A model generated the notes under the pieces. It searched no databases, was not told where the DNA came from, and saw nothing but the letters and a program-made list of their open reading frames with translations. The position numbers and the translations under genes were made by a program. 64,000 nt of DNA from Candidatus Poribacteria bacterium. Lineage in GTDB: Bacteria; Poribacteria; WGA-4E; WGA-3G. Positions 40,922-49,580 of the stretch are shown here, piece by piece (the stretch's first letter is position 1; each line of letters opens with the position of its first letter). The stretch is taken from the NCBI GenBank assembly GCA_963663765.2, contig CAXXUA010000003.1, forward strand, positions 512,001-576,000, in the 5' to 3' direction.

Positions 40922-42337
40922 TTAATTCAATAGGCGTTCAACTTCTGTTGCAATTTCGGGATCTATTTCTTTAAGAAGTTGAGTACCTTTAACTCCAGGA
41001 TGCCGTGTTGTGATCTCATAAGCGCGAACAATACGTTCAGGTTCAAACAATAAGTCTTTACCTTTAAGATGAGCATCTATCTCTCTTACGAGAAAATTGT
41101 TTCTGTCAAAAAAGTATCCTTTTTTTGCGATACCATTGATCCAATCCCGGAATTGATAAAACTCCTGGATTTCTCTTTTCTGCTCTGCATTAGCAGCCAA
41201 AAAAGTTCGAACTCTACGATTGCCTTTACCGTTTGGATTGGGTAATGTACGAATCTCTGATTTCCAGAAATCTCCGCTTTCAATAGCATACATATTATCG
41301 CTATCAATATAAACAGATAATATACAAATTCGAGGAGGAGGAAATCTTCTTTTTCTTTTTTCTTCACGATTCCGAAGTGTTACACTCTTTTTGTAGCAAA
41401 ACCATGCAGTTTTGAGATCACCGAGTTTTTCATAAGCTATACCTAAGCTGACGAGTCCAATTGAAGCATCAAGTCGATTCGCTTTATTGAGGTATACAAT
41501 CGCATCTTCCGGTGATTTTTCAAGCAGACGGTATCCTAACGCACTAAGCGTATTCGGATGATTGGGGTGCTTCGTGAGAATTTGGTGGTATCGATCAATG
41601 ACTTTAGTCTCATCTTTTTCATCACGCACCAAATATAATAATGCATCAGGGTTGTCCGGATCTTTAGCAAGGAGTTGGTCAACATAAGCTTTTACTATTT
41701 TCATGTATCTGGTTTCTGACAAAGATACAGATACTGTGTTGAGGTATTTAAATGCACGGCGAGACTCCAGTTTTTCTAAAATATCCGGGTGATAGATGTA
41801 TTGCGATTCAAGGAAGTCAACAGCATAATCAAGGTCTATCTTTCCCCGAGAATACATATTCATTATATATATAGAATGTCTTTCTGGATCTGATGATGAC
41901 AAATATGCATGAATATCCAGATTAACTTGTAGGGTTGGTTCTATTGCCTTAACATCCAATGGTAAAGATGGAAGATTAAAATCGTTGACATAGGATTGTT
42001 GTGAATGCTCTTGTGAGATTAGACGTCTTGGATCTATTGCATTAACATCCATTGGTAAAGATGACGGCTGTGCCCCGTTGACATAAGATTGTTGTGAATG
42101 CTCAGTAGGAATGACCTGTTGACGTACGTTCTGTTTGACCAACATAGGTCGTCTATTAAGTGTTTTATTAGTCTGTTGTTCTTCATGTAAGGAAGAATCA
42201 GTTTCTACTTGTTGACTTATACTTGGAATTGTCACAACATTTTTAGGTTCTGTCATCTTTTTCCAAAGCGCAATGACACCAATTACCAGAACACAGATGC
42301 AAATTATACTCATAAGTACTTTGAGAATATTTGACAT
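40922..42337 (-). CDS. Membrane-anchored TPR-like protein
   Basis: N-terminal TM; PDNPDALL, LSALGY and LGIAYEKLGD...A...Y TPR motifs. Confidence 0.7.
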   Translation of the reverse strand: MSNILKVLMSIICICVLVIGVIALWKKMTEPKNVVTIPSISQQVETDSSLHEEQQTNKTLNRRPMLVKQNVRQQVIPTEHSQQSYVNGAQPSSLPMDVNAIDPRRLISQEHSQQSYVNDFNLPSLPLDVKAIEPTLQVNLDIHAYLSSSDPERHSIYIMNMYSRGKIDLDYAVDFLESQYIYHPDILEKLESRRAFKYLNTVSVSLSETRYMKIVKAYVDQLLAKDPDNPDALLYLVRDEKDETKVIDRYHQILTKHPNHPNTLSALGYRLLEKSPEDAIVYLNKANRLDASIGLVSLGIAYEKLGDLKTAWFCYKKSVTLRNREEKRKRRFPPPRICILSVYIDSDNMYAIESGDFWKSEIRTLPNPNGKGNRRVRTFLAANAEQKREIQEFYQFRDWINGIAKKGYFFDRNNFLVREIDAHLKGKDLLFEPERIVRAYEITTRHPGVKGTQLLKEIDPEIATEVERLLN

Positions 42338-42383
42338 AGTACACCTACTGCAACTTGATGATGGTACCTTTATAAATTGTAAG

Positions 42384-42610
42384 CAGGACTTACGCAGTTT
42401 TCATGATCCAATCAAGAATTAAGACGATGTAATTTTCAGCATTTTTTAGGTTTCCGGCGCGCTTACAAAGCACGCCTACCGTTGGGTGCGTAAGTCCTGT
42501 CAGGACTTACGCAGTTTTCATGATCCAATCAAGAATTAAGACGAAAACGATGTAATTTTCAGCATTTTTTAGGTTTCCGGCGCGCTTACAAAGCACGCCT
42601 ACCGTTGGGA
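42384..42610. mobile_element. Two tandem T3 MITEs; the second is truncated and abuts tnpB
   Basis: CAGGACTTACGCA at 42384 and 42501; right TIR present only at 42487-42499. Confidence 0.8.
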
Positions 42611-43621
42611 TTGACTGCAGTGATACATTCTTTCTGAAAGTGTAAGGTCTTTCTTTTTGTGTCCACAACCGGAACAGGTTTTACTACTTGCAAAGAACAT
42701 ATCTGCTTCTTTGACAGGTATACCGCGCACTTCCGCTTTTGTCTTGAGTTTTAGCAGGAAACCGCCTAATGCTGAATCTGACAATACTTTTGCGAGGTTT
42801 CTGTTCTTCAGCATATTAGTAACCTTGAGTGTCTCAATACCGATCGCAGCGGCACGGTTGACAATCTCTGTAGTTGCTTTGTGATGTGCATCGTTTCGGA
42901 TACAAGCGATACGATAGTGGATACGTTGTAACTCGTGCTTCTGCTTGAACCAGTTTTTAGACTTGAAAACACACCGGCTCAACTTGCGTTGTTCTCCCTT
43001 TAGCTTCCGCTCATAACGTTTTAGCGGTCGGGGATTATCATATTTCGTGCCATTACTCAAGGTGGCAAGTGTGTTGATGCCTACATCTACACCAATCATA
43101 GGGTGCGTTGAATTATCAACTGCTTCGGTGTCCTCGGTTTCTACGGTGATAGATACAAACCAACGATGTGTTGTCCTTGAGATCGTCACTTTCATAATCT
43201 TACCCACAAAACGCAATGATTCAAACATTCTAATCCAACCAATCTTAGGAAGTTTGATACGCTTGCCTTCAACTTCTACAGATTGATTATTTGTGGTGAA
43301 TGCGTCCTTTTTACCACGCTTCTTGAACTTCGGAAACTTCGCACGTTTACCAACCCAATTCGCAAGCGCAGCCGATAAGTTGCCAAATATGCTTTTGTTG
43401 GCTACAACCTGATCCATATCTTTTGTCCAAGCATGTTCTTTCTTAGCAACATTAAACCGCTTGTTTAACTTAGCAGCTGATAAGAACTCATCTTATGACA
43501 ATGCAGACTTGAAATCTGCTAATGCATGATTATATGCAAATCTCGCATAGCCACACTGTTGTGCAAACCATTTTCGCTGATTGTTATTTGGATTCAATGC
43601 AATCTTATGTGTTTTTAGCAT
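42611..43621 (-). pseudogene. tnpB: IS200/IS605-family TnpB, inactivated
   Basis: MLKTHKIAL start, in-frame TAA at 43493-43495, FPKFKKR, GVDVGI, IETLKV, SSKTCSGCG; last zinc-finger Cys and RuvC-III are lost. Confidence 0.88.
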
Positions 43622-43785
43622 GATGATATTCCAGTCCTATGAAGATGTCAGTTCCCTATACTAAAGGTGTGTAGGTGTTAGTAGCACCTACACTGAACTG
43701 GTATAATGAGTATATCATGTTTTAAACCAAAAATCAAGTTTTTTCTTGACACAAGCACTTAGCACGACTACATCCCACTACCTAA

Positions 43786-43919
43786 TGAGTTTTGACGTTC
43801 AAGTTGTGTATTCGTAGGGGTGTGGTTTCCACACATGATCTACGCAAACTCAAAAACCAAACGGGTTGGGGAACCCAACCCCTACGAATTCAACTACCGA
43901 TTTTGATTGTCAAACTTCA
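43786..43919. mobile_element. MITE family T5 inserted in the loop of a probable IS200/IS605 left-end hairpin
   Basis: TSD TAA; the empty site rebuilds CCCACTACC-TAA-GGTAGGGG. Confidence 0.8.
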
Positions 43920-43982
43920 TAAGGTAGGGGTTTCGTCGTGATTCTTGATAAACATATTGCTCCTATATGGCAATAGTACCTT

Positions 43983-44582
43983 AACGACTTGTGCCAGTTA
44001 ACTAAATGTTTATACTAAATTCATATATTGGGTTTGGTATATAAACATTTCGTCCCTAATGAAGTTTGACGTTCAAGTTGTGTATTCGTAGGGGCGTGGT
44101 TTCCACACATGTATCTACGCAAACCCAGAAACCAAACGGGTTGGGGAACCCAACCCCTACGAATTCAACTACCGATTTTGATTGTCAAACTTCATAAGGA
44201 CTGAAGATCATTCAAAGGGAGAAGAAGTATGGTTAAATCCTCTTATCTATGTGAAGTAATTTTTAATAATAGTTATTTAGCACAAGTCGCTACTTTCAGG
44301 CAATTGGTAATTTTTTCTGTACACGAATCTTGTCTATGACTGGGTTTTTCCGAAGATAAAGTTACCAATTTTACCAATTAGTAACTTAACGTAAATTGAG
44401 CAATATCCTGATTTGTGCCAGTTAACTAAATTTTTATATTAAATTCACTTATGTTGGGTATGATATATAAACATTTCGTCCCTACAGGACTGAAGATCGT
44501 TTCAACCTATGAGGGACATGTTCAAAACGTTATGCTTATGTGAAACAATGGTTTACATAAAGTCATTTAGCACAACTCGTTA
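43983..44582. mobile_element. Two related elements (ACTTGTGC...GCACAAGT ends); the first carries a T5 insertion at 44060-44194
   Basis: Duplicated TTGTGCCAGTTAACTAAAT heads; T5 has TAA TSD, with an empty-type site at ~44478-44492. Confidence 0.6.
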
Positions 44583-44584
44583 CC

Positions 44585-45553
44585 TTACGTCAAATGTATC
44601 GGGTTACCTGTAGCCAAAGACTCATTTGCAGCGATGGACAAAATAGCCGTGTTCACAGCATCAGCATAAGGAGAACGAATCGTACTCCCATCACCAGAAC
44701 GCACCGCTTCAATAAACGTACGATCCATCTCAATCGTGCAGTTATTTTCGTTCTTCCAAGTCTCTTGACCATCACCAGTGGAAAGCACAACAGCTCGACG
44801 CAAATGATATTCTATTGATCCATCCTGACAGAAAATGTCTAACCCAGAACGTCGCAGTCCCTTAGTCGTAAAGCACGCAGAGAACATAATACCAAACACG
44901 CCGCTGTCAAATTGCAGCGAGACAGCAGATGCCTCCTCAATATCATAATCCATATCAGGAATCAGGTCATATCTTGCAACTGCATAGACACTTTTGACTT
45001 CCCCAAACAGATAACGTGCCATATCAAATTCGTGAGTCGTCTGTTCCATCAGTTGACCACCAGATTTTGCCTTCTCCCGCCACCATCCACCGGGCATACC
45101 CCCCATCCAATAACCCATAAAAAACCCAACACGTCGGGAGGCAAGCAATTCTTGTGCTTTGTCAATGATGTCAAGATAACGTTCCTGATATCCGCAGGCA
45201 GTGATGATGCCTTTATCTTCAATTTCTGCAGCAATCTCCTTTGCGTCATCAGCATCCATGTGAACAGGTTTTTCTACGAACATCGGTAAACCAGCAGCTA
45301 CAACAGCCTTTTCTGGTGCACCATGTGCAAACGGTGGAATTGAGATATAAACAGCATCCAATTCCTCTTTGGCGATCATATCATTATAGTCCGAGTATGC
45401 TTTACCACCGTATTGTTCAACGGCACGTTCCGCTTTTTCAATGACTATATCACAAAAGCCGACAAACTTGCTACCACCGATTTGCGTTAATTCACGTAGG
45501 TGACGATTCATGTTCCCACCTGTCCCGATGAAACCTAATCTTACGTCCGACAT
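44585..45553 (-). CDS. Gfo/Idh/MocA-family oxidoreductase
   Basis: LGFIGTGG, FVEKP, SGGQLMEQTTHEFD. Confidence 0.9.
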   Translation of the reverse strand: MSDVRLGFIGTGGNMNRHLRELTQIGGSKFVGFCDIVIEKAERAVEQYGGKAYSDYNDMIAKEELDAVYISIPPFAHGAPEKAVVAAGLPMFVEKPVHMDADDAKEIAAEIEDKGIITACGYQERYLDIIDKAQELLASRRVGFFMGYWMGGMPGGWWREKAKSGGQLMEQTTHEFDMARYLFGEVKSVYAVARYDLIPDMDYDIEEASAVSLQFDSGVFGIMFSACFTTKGLRRSGLDIFCQDGSIEYHLRRAVVLSTGDGQETWKNENNCTIEMDRTFIEAVRSGDGSTIRSPYADAVNTAILSIAANESLATGNPIHLT

Positions 45554-45568
45554 ATATTCTCCTTTGAC

Positions 45569-46327
45569 ATCCCTCCCTGCTAAAGCATGGAGGGATTCCT
45601 AATTCTTATATTGGAAACAAACTCGGTTGTATCCAAACACTTTTCCTGGTTCCGTGTCTCATACCTCCACTTGAGGTCTTACTTGCACATCACAAGCGTT
45701 TTGTGTCTCGGTATGCCCTACCTCGACATTTCTTAAGTTTATTGCAGCGTTGACACCTCTATCTATTGAGATACCACATTCGCTACAATGATACGTTCTT
45801 TCTGAAAGGTCTAAGTCTTTCTTTTTCTGTCCACAACTGCTACACGTTTTGCTTCTTGCATAAAACTGGTCTGCTTCTTTCGGTTTTATCCCGCGTGCTT
45901 CCGCTTTGTTTATTAGCATAGTCAGAAACCCACCTAACGCACTGTCAGAAAACGCCTTTGCAAAGTTTTCTATTTTCTTTAGCATGTTGGTTACCTGTAG
46001 TGTTTCTATGCCGATAGCAGAAGCGTTATTGACAATATCTGTTGATACTTTATGGTGTGCATCAAATCGATTGCAGACTATCTAATAGTGTATCCTTGCA
46101 ACTTTCCATTTTTGCTTTATCCAATTTTTAGATTTAAACTCCTTACGGCTCAACTTACGATGTTCTCGTTTGAGTATTCGCTCGTGGCGTTTCAAGGGTC
46201 TGGAATTATCGTATTTCTTACCATCACTCAGGGTTACCAATGTGTTGATACCAACATCTATATCAATTAATAAGGTGCGTTGCGTTATCAACTGCTTCGG
46301 TGACCTTCCTCTGTGTCTACGGTGATG
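45569..46327 (-). pseudogene. tnpB: 3' remnant of a second IS200/IS605 tnpB with right-end hairpin
   Basis: Fragments IDVGINTL, SKTCSSCG, CSECG-IDRGVNAAINL with stops and frameshifts; hairpin ATCCCTCC-TGCTAAAGCA-GGAGGGAT at ~45570-45597. Confidence 0.85.
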
Positions 46328-46936
46328 ATGTTTGTGTAGGATTCAATTCCCACAGCAGCACCGTCCCGTCCGAACTCCCACTTGCGATTGTATTGCCATC
46401 CGGAGTAAAAGAGATGCATTCGACCGAACCCGTATGCCCTGTGAGAGTTCTGAGATGCTTTCCTGTTTTTGCGTCCCACAAGCGGATGGTCTCGTCCGAA
46501 CTCCCACTTGCGATTGTGTTGTTGCCAACCGGACTAAAAGAAACGCTGTAAACCGAACCCGTATGTCCTGTGAGAGTTCTGAGATGCTTCCTGTTTTTGC
46601 GTCCCATAAGCGGATAGTCTCATCCGAACTGCCACTTGCGATTGTGTTGTTGTCATCCGGACTAAACGAGACGCTGGAGACCGGACTCGTATGCCCGGTG
46701 AGGAGATTAAGTTCTTCACCTGTCTGAGCATCGTAAATCCATATACCGATACTACTCGCTACTGCCAACTTGGTGCCATCGGGTGAATACATAATTTCAT
46801 AGATCCGACCTTTGCCGAGTCGGACTTTTGCTCCATCCGGTAGACTCAATTTTGTATAGTCTTGGGCAAAACTGTTCGGTGCTACCGCAAAGATTACAAA
46901 CAGAACGGTTAAAATCAAAAGTAAGATGTTTTTCAT
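46317..46936 (-). pseudogene. Short secreted WD40 protein, frameshifted near 46588
   Basis: Signal peptide + LPDGAKVRLGKG; one repeat reads GATGCTTCC where its sister reads GATGCTTTCC; the frame continues in ORF 46317-46607. Confidence 0.8.
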
Positions 46937-47090
46937 TATAAAATCGCTCTCTTGATACACTTATTTCTGTTTTTTCCTAATGTTTTCCAATCTCAAATAA
47001 AAAATGAAAATAATTAATTCCCCGCGTCATACTAAAAAACAGATAGGACGACACAGGGGAACATATCATTCAAATCCGTTTACTTCAACA

Positions 47091-48050
47091 TTACCATTCA
47101 AACACGGTACCCAGTAATCGCATCGGTTCATCACGTAGCCAACGGTATATCTGAGGTGCTTCAGTAACATTGACTCGGTGCCGAATTAGCGGTGTGATCC
47201 TTACTGACTCTTGACGAACAAATCGACAAAGATTTTCAAGATCATCGCGAGTAAAATGGCTACAATGTAAAATACTGATCTCCTTGAATTGCCCGACATT
47301 GAAGGTATAGTTCACATCAAACCTACCAGCAACCAATAGCAAACGTCCACGGGTTTTGCATGCTTGAATCATCGGTGAAATCATATCTGTAGCACCGGCA
47401 AAATCCATCACCGCATCAAAACTGCCATCAGCAATAAGTTTTCTCCACCCATCACCACTTGTATTGAGAACCAATTCAGCGATACCAAGTTCACGAACTT
47501 GTTCCAAACGGGACTCATCAATATCACACACGGATACGCGTGCTCCCATTGCATACATAATCTGCGCAGCAAACATGCCGATACATCCTTGTCCAACGAT
47601 AAGCACGCGTTCTCCAATACGCGGATCAACACGTCGACAACAGTGCATTGCTACACCCGATATACCGAATAACGCTGCCGCCGCAGGATCAATATCCTCA
47701 GGCAATTTCAACAATAACCCGTTTTCTGCAATACTGAACCGTTCAACATGATCCACACTTGCATAAATGAGATCTCCAATCTCAAGTTGTGTGACATCTG
47801 GTCCAGTTTCAATTACACGTCCAACGTTCTGATAACCACCGCCACAGGGCAAACTCTCGTCTGCGGGAGCATAGTTCCCACTGATCAACTGGTTGCGTTC
47901 CGTGCCGTTTGTTAGTCCCGTGAAAACTGCTTCACATAATACCTCGTTACCCACAGGCGACGCAGGTTCTTTCCAGTCAAAAACCACAGTTTTCTCACGG
48001 CGTTTATCCGGCAATAGTTTGATGACAATTGCTCTCACAGGTTTAATCAA
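47091..48050 (-). CDS. MDR-superfamily (zinc-ADH-like) dehydrogenase
   Basis: GTE, GYQNVGRVIETG, VGQGCIG, DAVMDFAG. Confidence 0.85.
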   Translation of the reverse strand: MIKPVRAIVIKLLPDKRREKTVVFDWKEPASPVGNEVLCEAVFTGLTNGTERNQLISGNYAPADESLPCGGGYQNVGRVIETGPDVTQLEIGDLIYASVDHVERFSIAENGLLLKLPEDIDPAAAALFGISGVAMHCCRRVDPRIGERVLIVGQGCIGMFAAQIMYAMGARVSVCDIDESRLEQVRELGIAELVLNTSGDGWRKLIADGSFDAVMDFAGATDMISPMIQACKTRGRLLLVAGRFDVNYTFNVGQFKEISILHCSHFTRDDLENLCRFVRQESVRITPLIRHRVNVTEAPQIYRWLRDEPMRLLGTVFEW

Positions 48051-48142
48051 TCCTACAGAATAATGCTAAACAAACAAGATAATTCTACCACACATTGTTA
48101 ACTTACCTTATTCATACTAAATTGTCAAGTGTGTTGATCTTT

Positions 48143-48509
48143 CAGGGTGTGTAAAGTTTTCAATTTATTGAGTAAAATTTTATCACAGTCGCTTGTCCTT
48201 GAGTTAGCTTATTTTTGGGAGTTAACTCATTCTTTGTCTGAACCAGGATTTTCAGGATTACCAGATTTTCAGGATTTACCTCGTCAAGGGTTTTTGATAT
48301 GTGTTTATGCCCTCTTTTGGAATAGGATCTGATGAGAAATATCTTGATAATCTACTAATCCCGGTGAATGCCATAAGGCATTCATACCGTTGATTTGAAA
48401 ATCCTAGTTCAGACCAAAATCAAGAATACCATAAAAATCCTATATAATTGCTAATCTTAACCCAAAGTTAACTGGCATTACGATATATTCTTAAGACTGA
48501 ATAACCCTG
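48143..48509. mobile_element. T1-related MITE with a T2-like left end; contains a micro-element at 48361-48397
   Basis: Body homologous to 15111-15499; left end CAGGGTGTGTAAAGTTTT. Confidence 0.7.
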
Positions 48510-49460
48510 CCTTTTTAGCGTTTGCTATCTCCCTTTATATTTCCGTGCTACAATAACCTTTTATCAGGGTTATTCAGTTTTAGGGATTTTAGCTGTTTCC
48601 TGAGAAAATCGCGACCGGGAGGTCGCTCCTACCGCGTGGTTATTTTTTTGAAAAATTCAAACATTAGGTAAACTGAATAAAACTGCCTTTTTAGCGTTTA
48701 CTATCTCCCTTTATATTTCCGTGCTACAAAAACCTTTTATCAGGGTTATTCAGTTTTAGGGATTTTAGCTGTTTCCTGAGAAAATCGCGACCGGGAGGTC
48801 GCTCCTACCGCGTGGTTATTTTTTTGAAAAATTCAAACATTAGGTAAACTGAATAAAACTGCCTTTTTAGCGTTTACTATCTCCCTTTATATTTCCGTGC
48901 TACAAAAACCTTTTATCAGGGTTATTCAGTTTTAGGGATTTTAGCTGTTTCCTGAGAAAATCGCGACCGGGAGGTCGCTCCTACCGCGTGGTTATTTTTT
49001 TGAAAAATTCAAACATTAGGTAAACTGAATAAAACTGCCTTTTTAGCGTTTACTATCTCCCTTTATATTTCCGTGCTACAAAAACCTTTTATCAGGGTTA
49101 TTCAGTTTTAGGGATTTTAGCTGTTTCCTGAGAAAATCGCGACCGGGAGGTCGCTCCTACCGCGTGGTTATTTTTTTGAAAAATTCAAACATTAGGTAAA
49201 CTGAATAAAACTGCCTTTTCAGCGTTTACTATCTCCCTTTATATTTCCGTGCTACAAAAACCTTTTATCAGAGTTACTCAGTTTTAGGTATTTTAGCTTT
49301 TTTCTGAGAAAATCGCGACCGGCAAATCAAGAAATCAACGGTATGAATGCGCGTATGGCATTCACCGGGTATGAATGCCTGTTGGCATTCCCCGGGTCGC
49401 TCCTACCGCGTGGTTAATTTCTTTGAAAAATTCAAACATTAGGAAAACTGAATAACCCTG
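48510..49460. repeat. 5 x 176-bp tandem repeat (short T1 MITE + ~55-bp flank)
   Basis: MITE starts at 48565, 48741, 48917, 49093, 49269; the last copy is diverged and has nested micro-elements. Confidence 0.9.
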
Positions 49461-49476
49461 ACCTTTTTAACTCCTA

Positions 49477-49505
49477 TTGACATTGTTTATTTTTACAAGT
49501 ATACT
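49477..49505 (+). promoter_or_regulatory. Near-consensus sigma70 promoter with no sense gene downstream
   Basis: TTGACA-17 bp-TATACT. Confidence 0.45.
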
Positions 49506-49580
49506 ATCGTCAGATAAACGGACTTATACAATGCTATTTACGGTGTTTGGACATTTCATTTAGCAAATTGGAAAGACCGC

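Noticed and set aside
42599-43417. Active TnpB/Cas12f-like nuclease system
   Set aside because: Premature stop, missing RuvC-III and right end, no array.
48510-49460. Repeat-spacer array
   Set aside because: The intervening 55-bp segments are identical, so this is a plain tandem duplication.
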